The notes beneath the pieces were generated by a model. That model was not told where the DNA came from and searched no databases. It worked only from the letters and a program-made list of their open reading frames with translations. From the NCBI GenBank assembly GCA_032718475.1, contig JAUCBJ010000607.1, forward strand, positions 1 through 64,000: a stretch of DNA of 64,000 bases, written 5' to 3'. Positions 47,821-59,480 of the stretch are shown one piece after another (positions within the stretch are counted from its first letter, which is position 1; each line of letters starts with the position of its first letter). This DNA is from Nemertoderma westbladi (lineage: Eukaryota; Animalia; Xenacoelomorpha). The position numbers were made by a program, and so were the translations under genes.

Positions 47821-47889
<69 letters not shown>
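47820..47889. repeat. (CT)n microsatellite in the Bel/Pao leader
   Basis: Directly visible. Confidence 0.95.
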
Positions 47890-47890
<1 letters not shown>

Positions 47891-48424
47891 ACTGAGCGAT
47901 CCAAAACACCATGGCCGGCTAAACCTAACTATCCTAACTAATAAATTGAGTTCAGTTTCGCAGTTAAACAACCGGTAATTTTTTACTGCTTCCACGAATA
48001 CTATGGTGCCAACAGAACAACTAACCTTGTTTGCTGTGAGATTCCACGTCCGCGTCCAAAGTTTCAGACTTTTCGCTGATTGCAAACCGAACCCGCAGGC
48101 CCACACAAACCCCAAACTCAGAAGCTCCGTCTCGCCATGTATCTCCAGATGGTATAAAATAATTAAGCGGTTATCCAACATACCGGTACAAAAACTCTAG
48201 ATTTTATTATATAAATTTTGGCCGAAACTGAATTCTCACAAACCTAGCTAAAATTTTCAAAACTTACTAATTTACAATTTACCCGTTACGGCCCAAATGA
48301 ATTACTGTATTCTGCGATTAGTGAACAAATATTACTTCTCACTGTTGCAAAGCAACAGTAAAAAATAAAAGTAAAAAAAATGGTTCTTACTGTACGTAGT
48401 ACAGTAAGTCAAAGTGGTTCTTAC

Positions 48425-50459
48425 TGTTAAACAGGGGCGATCAGGAGCGCGTTATTACTGCCGCACTGCTGCTAAACACAAAATTGCTACTCACCGCTGG
48501 ATGGCGCTAACCTGGCCGTCCGCTAATATATTTTACTAATTTTATACGGCTCCTGCAAATCGCTTGTTCCTTTCTCTGTTGATCGCTCAACAGAGAGCTA
48601 ACTGTTCGAATCTATGAGCCACGCGGGAATAACCAAAACAATAAACCCGAATCGGCTCCCTAAGCTACTTAAAACGAGTGCGGGTGACCTAGCACTCGGA
48701 GTTCACTTATCGCAAATACTGGAATTCACTGGCAGAACACATTGAATGTGAGAATGTTTAATATTAAGGGGGATAGATCTGTTACTTTCCTAGGTGCTGA
48801 AACTTGGCCTTTGGCTGGTTTTAGACCAGCAAACTTACTACTGCTGTACTGTATACTTGACACTGCTGTCAGTCCGTTGCCCCGCTATTTTCAAATAACC
48901 GCCTAGCGTGAATAGTCTACAGTATTCTAAAACAATTACTTAAACTACTCTCCGCTATGCTGCGTACAAATTCTTATTTTATTTTATCGCTAAATTAATT
49001 ACAGTCATAAATACAAATTCGCGTACTAATTACTAGATATTCCAGAATACGTACTTCTAATTTATTACGTACTGGGGCTTATACTAGCAACAGTCTAAAT
49101 GCGGTATTAATTTGACCTAATTAGCAATTAATAAGCATAAACTAAGAAATGGAAATCAATCAAGGGAAACAGCGCCTATCTAAGCATTCACATTTAAGAA
49201 TCAGGCACTCTTTAGCAACACAACACAAATAGCGTAGCACTAAGTTAGTAGTACGGCAGTACGGCAGATAGCGCTAACTACACCAATCAGCTAGTGCACT
49301 AAATACCCGTACATTAGTACATCAGTATACCAGTATTAGTCATCCAATCAATCAGTCAGTCAGTCAGTGTAAGAACCACAGGTCACCCAAAGCCATACAT
49401 GGGACTCCTAACTAAACCCAAATTCTGCCCCCCTAAAACTACAAAGTAGAGACGGAAATCTGGATCGTCAGCCCCCTAATACTGTAACAGCGGCTGGTCC
49501 CCGGTCCTCAACTGACTAGCTCCGACCGCAACGGTGGCCCCCGCCAGTGTCGCCCCGCTTTGGATCCTCTGCACTCCCTTCCGTCGCTTCCCCCCAGTGC
49601 GCCCGCCTACCGGTACCTTAGCCCTCCATTAGAATGAATAGCTACCGTAGCGGCGCATGCAATCACAAACAGTCTGACGGTCTAAAGAAATCCCGTGGGA
49701 TTATCACATCTTAAATCACATAGGAATTAATAATCAAAAGTAGAAATCATAATTCAAAGTTGTAATTTTCAGTAATTGATTGAGAAATACAGAAAGATAG
49801 GCGAAAGATTAACAATTAACAGAAACCAGAAACAAACTACAATACTGCCACTGGTACTGCTGTAACAACTGAGATATTAAGAGAACTAGATAACTAGAGA
49901 TTAAGATGCACATACCGGAAATACAGCCAATTTATAGGTGATGCAACAGGGATGACGCAATATTCCTCTCATTGGTTCCCCAATCCGCCCCACCATCAGA
50001 CCAACCTGGAACAGCTGGGCCAATAAGGAAGCCGGATTGTGAACTTCAGGGCTTCCAAATCGCAAATTATTACCATATATGGTAATGGATCATGTCCCTG
50101 GCTGCTGAATGGTTAGGATTGCGTCCCTGGATGCTGGCCCTATCGAAGCTAATAACGGCAAGCCCATATCCAGGGTCCAACAAGAACTTGCTACCCTGGA
50201 ACTATCTACTTATATCCTATTACAAAATTACGTAGGTAGGGCTACATACTATACAAAATGGATGAGTTCAAAATATATGGGCGTTTCAGTTTCCTTATCT
50301 AAATATCACCTCGCTATTATGTCTTATCTAAAATATTATACTGCATAACGGACCAATATTGCGTACAGTATAACGGACTAATATATTATACTGCATAATG
50401 AACCAAAATATTATACTGTATAATGGCTAATAATGTGTACAGCGCCATATACCGTAACA
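48425..50459 (-). repeat. Bel/Pao 5' LTR (2035 bp)
   Basis: Direct repeat of 32402-34437. Confidence 0.95.
49900..50030 (-). promoter_or_regulatory. Putative LTR promoter (CCAAT boxes, GC box, TATAAA)
   Basis: Element-sense TATAAA at 49931-49936, GGGCGG at ~49985-49990 and CCAAT/ATTGG motifs at 49971-50024; AATAAA further downstream near 49061 and 48980. Confidence 0.45.
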
Positions 50460-50642
50460 GTAAATAATAAATATATATCTCATACAAATATTCCAATATA
50501 TCCTGCACGCTTTCTTACATACAGAAACACTTTTATTATATTTTGAATGTGATGTAGCCAACCGTATCCTCATTCCCAAAATCGATTTAAGTTCACATAT
50601 TCTTCATGATTCACTCACAATTTTACTTTTTTATATTTTTAG

Positions 50643-51595
50643 ATGAAATTCCAACAAATTCCGCTGCTGCAATCATTGGAGGTGTTGTTGGATGTGGATT
50701 TGCAGTGATTGTTATAGTCGTATTGGCATTTATTTTACTCAAAAGATATCGGAATAGAAAACCTCGTAGTCCTGTCTACGGGGACACAGTTGTATATGGA
50801 CTGGATGGTCCAGCTAACATCCCGAGTCACCCCTATGAAGAATTAGAGATACCAGCCATTCGAGCTTCAAACAATCGGTCATTAGCCACTGAGAGTTTTC
50901 AAAACCAACCAGTCAATGAGAACTATCTAAATCCACCAGCCAATTGGATAACTATAACTCAAACAGCCAATGAGTCTCATGCCAATCTTACTCCTCTTAC
51001 CTCCAGTAGTCGAGATGATCAGATAACAAATGAAGAGCATCCCTATGATACTATCGATGAATCTAAAGTTGGTAGAAACAAGGTAACTACAGAAACTGAT
51101 ACAAATTGCCAGAACATAAACACTGTGGAGAATACCAACATAGTAGTGGAGGGGAGAGGGCGAGGGAATACCAACACAGAGGAGGGGAGAGGGCGAGAGA
51201 ATAGCAACACAGTAGTGGAGGGGAGAAGGCGAGAGAATACCAACACAGTAGTGGAGGGGAGAGGGCCAGAGAATACCAACACAGTAGTGGAGGGGAGAGG
51301 GCCAGAGAATACCAACACAGTAGTGGAGGGGAGAGGGCCAGAGAATACCAACACAGAGGAGGGGAGAGAACAAGAGAATAGCAACACAGTGGTGGGGAGA
51401 GTTTATGTTAACCAATCACAAGTAGCGGAAGCCTCAATGAACAACCAATCAGATAACCGTGCATGCATGAGTAAGACAGTATCCCCAATATATGTCAACC
51501 AATCAGAAGTTACCGGAGCTGGAATAATCAACCAATCCGCATTGAATGAGGACAATCGGGACTATTTAAATGCTAAGGAAGTCTATGGAATCTAG
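50643..51595 (+). CDS. Receptor terminal exon: transmembrane helix and Tyr-motif-rich cytoplasmic tail
   Basis: Acceptor ttttAG|AT (phase 1); TM AAAIIGGVVGCGFAVIVIVVLAFILL followed by stop-transfer KRYRNRK; stop at 51595; AATAAA at 51672. The spliced model 1b-2b-3a-3b-terminal is 3663 nt (1220 aa) with no junction stops. Confidence 0.88.
51120..51400 (+). repeat. Coding 33-36-bp minisatellite (VVEGRGPENTNT)n in the cytoplasmic tail
   Basis: About 7 in-frame copies. Confidence 0.9.
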
Positions 51596-52405
51596 TAATG
51601 GATCGAATGAGATAACTATACAACTTGTCCGACTTTTCTATTTAGTATTCTAAAATATATTTATATGGTTGAATAAATTGTTTATACTAAGTATAGCTGA
51701 AAAATTATTTCGGGTCCAAAAATATTGATGAAATTTTGCAGTTTCGACAATATTTAGTATTCCATTGGTGTTATATTTGGGATAGTAAAATTTACTGACA
51801 GTTGTTACCGGTTATTAGCAGTTATCCAATCTTTGCACAGGCTATCCAACAGTTATCCAATTTTTGTACAGGCTATCCAACAGTTATCCAATCTGTGCAC
51901 TGGCTATCCAACAGTTATCCAATCTGTGCACTGGCTATCCAACAGTTATCGAATATGAATTTAAAATGGCGAAAAAAAGTTTTGTACCAGTACCACGTAC
52001 TGATATCAGGATATGCAGCCTTTGTTATAGTACCAGTATTGTATTTATGGGCTGACCGATTATACCGGAACCGAACCCTGGAATGGTTTCCGTCTTGTCT
52101 TCGGATTTCCTTCTGACGACGTAGAATCAAATGCGTGCCTGTTGGCGCTTCCTAACATTGTTGCCTGTGTAACGAAGAACATTGGCGTATATCGAAAATA
52201 TTGAGTGATGAAAGTCGTTTGTTCGTCCCCATCCTCCGTCAATGTTTCCCAACATACCAATGTCCGTCGTCCCCTCTCCATAGGCCTACCTCATCCCAGT
52301 CACTGTGGTACAACAATGGACATGGTTGTTACTCGCGATGACAATCGGTGTATTATTGGCGATGACTAGATGAGCCAATAGAGAGAAGGTCCAGTCCAGT
52401 CGCTC

Positions 52406-54500
52406 TACTACTACTAGGATCGGCATGCTGCATTGCAGCTGCATTTTTAAGAATGCTGTGCCTGCTTGTCGACAAAATTGCGCCGCCACAACTCCCTATC
52501 GCCCATGACATTTGCTAGATCATCCGCATCTTCAAGGCCAGTGTCCTTTAAGATGCGTCTCAAGAAAGTCATGGGCTGTCCACCATGCTTATTCACTCCA
52601 TGAGGGTGCCAAAGTACAAGATTATGCATTGGCTGGTCCTCACGGCGAAAGCAATGTCCTGCAAAGCGGAGGCGATTTTATTCTAGTGTCAAGCTTGGGG
52701 GAATCAATGAGACACCTCCAATTTTATATAGTGTCTGGTTTGGTTATGTGTGCATTGTACTTGACACAATGAACCCGGCGTAGCATTCTTGTGAATGTGC
52801 CATCCAGAGATTTGGTGTCCTCAGCAGTTAGAGCCCAGCATGGACTCCCATAGAGGAGTACTGGAACTACTGCTGCTCTAAATAATCGGACCTTAAGTTT
52901 CCGATTAATTCTCGGTGACTTCCAAATCCTGGAAAGCCTATTCAAGGTTGCCCATTCCTTTCCCTTACGTATTCGAAGGTCCTCACCTGACTTCCGGATC
53001 CATGATCCCAGGTAACAAAAGTCGTCCACATGCTCAAGCATACCATCCTTTGAGCTTAAGCTCATCCGATCAGAGACTAGCTGAGGACTTTCAAAGTTAA
53101 CTGTCAAAATTTTGGTCTTTCTGGAGTTAATTCAAAGACCAACACTAGAGGCAGCATGTTCTAATGAGCTGATGAGCCGTTGGGCTCCCTCTAGTGATTC
53201 TGAGAGTACTCCTAAGTCATCAGCAAAGTCCAGATCAGTTAGGTACTTGGCAGGATTTTCTCGACTTCTGGGGCCAGTAGGTGGAGTTATCATTACCCCA
53301 TCATCATTATGATGATCTAAGGACATGCGTAGAACATGTGTCTCCCTGGAGGACGCCCGATAACACTTAAAATGGTTCTGTGTCACCGTCAACAGTAGAC
53401 ACAAATGTTGTCGAATCATCGTATACTGATCTGATTGCTGCAATAATTTCATCAGGAATCCCATATAATGAAAGTATGCTGAACATACGTGAGCGAGAGA
53501 CTGAATCAAAGGCCTTGAAGAAGTTAACAAAGAAAATAGCCAGATGCCGCCTGCCTTTCTTTTTTGATAACTCTTCAATTATCCTTCTAAGTGCCAAAAT
53601 GGGCTCCATGGTCCCACGACCTTTACGGAACCCATTCTGATTTCCACGGAGCAGTCTCTCAATGGGATCCCTGATGCGATTTATTTAATAGAAATATATT
53701 GTATAGCTTTGCAGCAATCGAGATCAATGACATTCCCCGAAAATAACCATAGAGTGTTAGGTTGCCCTTCTTGGGAACTGGCACCAACTTATTTATTTTC
53801 ATTACTTGTGGGACTCTTGTTGTTCGGTACATGTCTACTATGATGGGATAGATGAGCTTTAAACACTCAGGTATTTTAAAGACCTCAGGGGGAACACCAT
53901 CTACTCCACTGGCACGATTGGTCTTAATGCTCTTCGCAGCAGCCTTCACTTCTGCGAAGGAGATATCGCCAATGGGAATATCTGGGAGTACAGACTCAGA
54001 CACTTTTACTTCTATAAAGTTATCAGGCAATACCCTGTCATTATTGAGGAGCTTTGCAAAGTGGGCCTTCCAACCATTGAGGCGATCGGCTGGTGATTCA
54101 GCCTTAACATTGGTGGTTGGTTCGCTTTTCCGCCCAGTAATCAAGTTAATCGATTTCCATGCCTGGGATGATTGCCAGCATCATTGATGGCATCAACCTG
54201 TTGGTTTATTAGCTCCTGTAGATTAACAGAGTACTGCCTGTTCAGGGACCTAGATACAGCCTTAACTTCATTCTTGGACGCTGTAGTCTGTATGAGTCAG
54301 GACTCTTTCTGCGCCTTATAGAGGTCATTTCGGCACTTCTAAATTTTGTTGTCAGTCCAGGGGGCCCTTTTCCTGTTTCGAGGGTATACAGGAACTGTTT
54401 CTGCAGCTGCTAACTCAACTGCTTCTGTGAAGGCAGTATAGCTCTCGCAGTGATCTCCCGCCTCAGAGGCAAGAACCTCATACCTGTTGTGCTCAGCTGT
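52406..54500 (-). mobile_element. 5'-truncated, degenerate RTE-clade LINE with a (TAG)n tail
   Basis: ASGVDGVPPE, PVPKKGNL, FFKAFDSV, LDFADDL, FCYLGS, RLFRAAVVPVLLYG spread over several frames; tail ctactactactag at ~52405-52417. Confidence 0.88.
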
Positions 54501-54504
54501 AGCT

Positions 54505-54607
54505 CAAATGTCATGGGTGATAGGGAGTTGTGGCGGCGCAATTTTGTCGACAAGCCGGCACAGCATACTTAATAAGCAGCTGCAATGCAGCATGCAGATC
54601 CTAGTAG
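54505..54607 (+). mobile_element. Second, inverted ~100-bp 3' end of the same RTE LINE family
   Basis: Reverse complement of 52411-52514 with ~6 differences; ends in CTAGTAG. Confidence 0.85.
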
Positions 54608-54924
54608 ATGAGCCAATAGAGAGAAGGTCCAGTCCAGTCGCTCAGTGAACTGTAGAGCTTCGAAAGAACAACGCTACTAACTACTGGAAGGCGGGATTAA
54701 TTTCTTAAATGATGATTATTAATTAGGCCTAATTAATTAAAAATCGGTCAGCCCATAAAGACAATACTATATATAACAATAGATGCTATCCTGATCTCAG
54801 TTTAGCCATAGTATATGGTACTGGTACAACTATAAAATTATTTCAAGGAGACCTGCTCTTTATAAATGTAAAATTGAAATCCCAGACAGCCGTGAGACCT
54901 TTGCCTTTTTAAATACATTTTCGA

Positions 54925-55985
54925 TAATTGTTGGATAGCCTCTGCAAAAATTGGATAACTGTTGGATAGCCTGTGCAAACATTGGATATCTGTTGGATAG
55001 CCTGTGCAAAAATTGGATAACTGTTTGATAGCCTGTGCAAAAATTGGATAACTGTTGGATAGCCTGTGCAAAAATTGGATATATGTTGGATAGCCTGTGC
55101 AAAAATTGGATAACTGTTGGATAGCCTGTGCAAAAATTGGATAACTGTTGGATAGCCTGTGCAAAAATTGGATATATGTTGGATAGCCTGTGCAAAAATT
55201 GGATAACTGTTGGATAACCTGTGCAAAAATTGGATAACAGTTGGATAGCCTGTGCAAAAATTGGATAACTGTTGGATAGCCTGCGCAAGAATTGGATAAC
55301 TGTTGGATAGCCTGTGCAAAAATTGGATAACTGTTGGATAGCCTGTGAAAAAATTGGATAACTGTTGGATAGCCTGTGCAAAAATTGGATAACTGTTGGA
55401 TAGCCTGTGCAAAAATTAGATAACTGTTGGATAGCCTGTGCAATAATTGGATAACTGTTGGATAGGCTGAGCAAAAATTGGATAACTGTTGGATAGCCTG
55501 TGCAAAGATTGGATAACTGTTGGATAGCCTGTGCAAAAATTGGATAACTGTTGGATAGCCTGTGCAAAAATTGGATAACTGTTGGATAGCCTGTGCAAAA
55601 ATTGGATAACTGTTGGATAGCCTGTGCAAAAATTGGATAACTGTTGGATAGGCTGTGCAAAAATTGGATAACTGTTGGATAGCCTGTGCAAAGATTGGAT
55701 AACTGTTGGATAGCCTGTGCAAAAATTGGATAATTGTTGGATAGCCTGTGCAAAAATTGGATAACTGTTGGATAGCCTGTGCAAAAATTGGATAACTGTT
55801 GGATAGCCTGTGCAAAAATTGGATAACTGTTGGATAGCCTGTGCAAAAATTGGATAACTGTTGGATAGGCTGTGCAAAAATTGGATAACTGTTGGATAGC
55901 CTGTGCAAAGATTGGATAACTGTTGGATAGCCTGTGCAAAAATTGGATAACTGTTGGATAGCCTGTGCAAAAATTGGATAACTGT
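54925..55985. repeat. 31-bp tandem array (right arm of the foldback element)
   Basis: About 34 copies; source of the spurious repetitive ORFs at 54838-56001. Confidence 0.95.
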
Positions 55986-56169
55986 TAATAACGGGTAACA
56001 ACTGTCAGTAAATATTACTATCCTTATTTTTTATTATATTTGATATCTTTTTTATTTTAAAATTATTATTTTGTAACATATTTTCTCTCTCATTATTTCT
56101 TTCAAATCGCCGAAGTCGTAGAATATTAGGGATTTTCTCCAATCGGGGACTCAACATAAATCTACCATA

Positions 56170-56510
56170 TTGTTACTATTTCCCTGCCATTCATGCCAAA
56201 GAGGAAGTTACATTTGGCCCCAGAATTTAATATAAAACTTGGCAAACAAACGTTCAACTATAATATATTTTATAGCTTCCGTGTTTATTGTTTATATTAC
56301 TTGTTGTATTTTGGTTGAAATATTTTGTTATAACATTTAAAAATAAAGTATTTTTATTTTATTATTGAAACATATAATGGGTATACTAATGTACTGACTA
56401 CTTCGGCCCTTAAATAAAATCTGTTGTCCACAAGGCAACTTTCACATTTCATCTTAAATATATCCATAACATCCACTTTTTATCGTCCAATCTCAGCATT
56501 GACATTTAAT
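56170..56510 (+). repeat. Dispersed ~330-bp duplication, second copy at ~60175-60500
   Basis: Shared tttccctgccattcatgccaaagaggaagttacatttggccccagaatttaa..aaacttggcaaacaaacgttca and downstream similarity. Confidence 0.8.
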
Positions 56511-56511
56511 C

Positions 56512-58125
56512 ACACGTTCGTGGGACCTTCGCGCAGCACGAGGCCCAGTTATGGGATACAAATTAAAATTGTGCGACTGTATCACAAAATCAGGTTATGA
56601 GAGATTAACCCACACCACCAAATATTCAAAGAAAGGGGGACAGTACGTGTTCACCCCTTTTAATCTCCCCCCCCCCCCCTCCCCCCACCCACCAATACAT
56701 AACCGCGACATCTACCACCCACGGAAGGGTAGCACGAACTTATTTCCAAACGCACGTTCAATATGCAAAGCCAGGTGGTTTATAGGAACATAATCAATGC
56801 AGTACTCGTCTTCATTATAAGCCTCATTGCGTTCGACCTGTTTTGTATTAAAATATATTTATTAAACGCAGGCTGACGCTCTTTATAATAATAATACCTA
56901 GGGATGCCAGCTTCCAGACTTTCAATCTTTACTGCCGCGTAAACCCCGCAGAGGAAGTTTTGGTTTGAGAGATCAAGCCCATGTTTCAAGCCCATGCCGT
57001 GTTTCAATTTCGGTCCAAGAACTCTGACAATGGAAGCATTCAATCTTAGCTGTGGTCCATTCCCGTGGTTTCGGCTTCCTTTTCTTCGTCCCAATGACAG
57101 ATTCTTCTGAAGACGTTCGATTCGCTTTCAGTTTATTGTTGGCGTTTGTGTTTTGAAGTTGTATTCGAGTGGACAGTCGCGCCGGTTTCGAGGTAACCAT
57201 ACCGACCTGTGATAAGCGTTGGTTTTGTTGAGTGCCGGTATTCATCTTCTCTCACCTCTTCAATGTCAGATGTTGCAAATACTGATAACACGAATAACGG
57301 TATATATTTCAATACTTGTCAATAGAAATATATATAATTTAGGTAACTATTTTATATCTGTACTGTTGAGCAAACTCTACATAAATTCCAACCTGTATAT
57401 CGCCGGTAGTGCTGTTGCTGTGAAAGTGCTGAAGTGCTATTTGCCAACGGTCAGCCGGTACCGGTAGTAGGGTGGTACCTACGGTGCGCACTACAACGGC
57501 AGTACAGCAATACGGTGTACCGTGCCAATGCAGCAATGACTGAATGATTAGCGGTAACTATCTAAACTCTTATATTATTATTACCGGTGCCGGTACTGGC
57601 TAATTAGGCCTAAACTATAATCACCGCAAGGTTTGCCGGGGCCATGTTTAATTAGATTACATGATATGCCATGTCTGCAGTGTATGGTACCGGCTGACCA
57701 GTATTTCAGTATTGACTGATTGCAGGATTCTCGATTCAGGGATTGAGTACAGCCTGACAGTACCGGTACACATGGTACATGCAGATTGGAAATGTATGTA
57801 TTGCAAAATTTGTCAGAAACCCAGCTGATTTATCCTACAGTAATAATAATTTAACGCATTTTAAATTTGGATAAATAAATTTATTATAACTGCAATAACA
57901 GTTACACTGATGCTGCACGAAGGCCCCACGCAAATTCTACTTGGAAAATTTTAAACTTTTGCCAAACAACATGTGTACCAAGTTTGGATAGATTTCATCA
58001 AGAATTGGCCGAGTTATTAACGTTTAAAATAAAATACTGAAAAAAAAACGCGACAGAACGGCAGAACGACAGGTTGATTAATGGTACCCCTACGCTAAGG
58101 CTCACTCACTTCGTGGCTCGCCCCA
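56512..58125. mobile_element. Second Helentron/HINE-like element, same terminal family as 8118-8859 but a different interior
   Basis: Shared termini; internal inverted copy of the 5' motif (gctgcacgaaggccccacg) at ~57912. Confidence 0.55.
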
Positions 58126-59086
58126 CAGAAATACCACAGAATTCACCCAATATAGTAAGTAAGTAAGATATGCTCTATTAGAAAGATGTCTATTCAACAG
58201 TTCATCTCTATATGTTACTACAAGTCAGCCATGGATATGTATGTATTTATTGACTATTAGTAGATTATATAGAGATTGTGAATAAATACGTAAGATAATA
58301 ATGATATGTTAAGTAATTTAGTTTACATAATAATTAATTAGTCCAAAGAAAATACAGCGTATGAAGTTGATCATATAAAAACAGGTAAATTGAGAATTAA
58401 GTAATAACAACGAAAGACAATGAATTTAAAAGCGGGAGGGAGTCAGGCAATGTAATTTAACATATATATTTGATACATATAGCCGCAGCATTAACAATAT
58501 ATAGGACTCCATAAAGACAACCAGTAGTCCCTCGAAACAGTAATGCTATCAAAATGCTAATTAACTAATAAAGTTCACTATTTATATAGAGAAATTTTTA
58601 TTCGAAAAAGGAAATTTAATGTCTATGTAGGTAGAAAAGGAAGTACAAATTATAGAACTTTATACCACGTTCGTAAAAAAAACAAAATTTATTTTCATTT
58701 CCATCAGGACAAGACCCCTGTACCTAAACCACCCTGTTGTACTAATTTGCTAACTGATACAACTTACACGCCATGCTGTCATTGATTGATTAATAATTAT
58801 TGTTATATCGTAAATTGAAACAATTATTCACAAAAAGAGTGGCGGCCCTCGAAACAAACAGCAATGCTATTAAAATACTGCTGTCAATTGTTGGTTAATA
58901 ATTAATATTATATCGTAAATAATAAGTATTATTGGATTATAGAGTTTGAGTTTATAATTTAAATATCTTTTATATATAATTTTATATTGATTAAAAACGG
59001 TTTACTGTTACTTCTAAGTTAAGTTGTAGGAGGGAAGTTAAAATGTCGTGAGGATATTTAATCTGTAAGTGTTAGTCTCAATAACA

Positions 59087-59248
59087 ATGAAATCATTACT
59101 GATATTACTGATACTAACTGATGTTATTCTGGGGTTCAAGTATAATGGATATAAACTAGTCGAACCAGATGGATCTAAATTTACTAGAGAATGTTTATTT
59201 AAAGAAGAAAGAAATAGTATTAGAGTACAAGTTGATTTTATTATATAA
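59087..59248 (+). pseudogene. Truncated exon 1c copy of the receptor family
   Basis: MKSLLILLILTDVILGFKYNGYKLVEPDGSKFTRECLFKEERNSIRVQVDFII*; homology stops where a LINE fragment starts. Confidence 0.85.
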
Positions 59249-59249
59249 A

Positions 59250-59480
59250 ATTCCTGCTGTGTTTCTACGCAATCTTTGTACCTGGTTAGCCTCGTCGCTG
59301 TCAAAATAATTTCAGCAGTCTTTTGACCTCGGTATTGTCCCGGCTGCTTATTGGCGGCTTGCCCATGTGATCCCATTGTATAAAAACAAAGTTTCACGAT
59401 CTGTTGCCAGTAACTATCGGCCTATATCACTGACGTCCCTTCTAGTAAAACTGATGGAGACGGTTATCAGAAATGAAATT
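59250..59480 (+). mobile_element. CR1/L2/Jockey-type LINE RT N-terminal fragment
   Basis: Translates IPAVFLRNL..*FQQSFDLGIVP..WRLAHVIPLYK..SNYRPISLTSLLVKLME. Confidence 0.8.

Larger units (their letters stand above)
32402..50459 (-). mobile_element. Full-length 18-kb Bel/Pao LTR retrotransposon with ~2-kb LTRs and accessory ORFs, antisense within the last intron of the receptor gene
   Basis: LTRs at 32402-34437 and 48425-50459 (TGT..ACA, about 10 substitutions and several indels by eye); 5-bp TSD GTAAA (32397-32401, 50460-50464); Bel/Pao-type polyprotein. Confidence 0.95.
51780..56023. mobile_element. Foldback-type (possibly Mutator-derived) non-autonomous element with long modular inverted arms containing 31-bp tandem repeats
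   Basis: Termini GGATAGTAA.ATTTACTGACAGTTGTTACC / inverse at 55994-56023; unit AACAGTTATCCAATTTTTGCACAGGCTATCC x~4 on the left and x~34 on the right; inner arms to ~52060 and ~54743; imperfect 9-bp flanks TTATATTTG / TTATTTTTT. Confidence 0.8.

Noticed and set aside
54838-56001. Long repetitive ORFs (387, 359, 184 and 167 aa), plus 51802-52116
   Set aside because: Translations of the stop-poor 31-bp array; the same peptide cycles through all frames
56780-57245. Short ORFs with KKRKPK and CFHC inside the HINE-like element
   Set aside because: Too short, no recognisable domain and no splice context; a captured gene fragment cannot be supported
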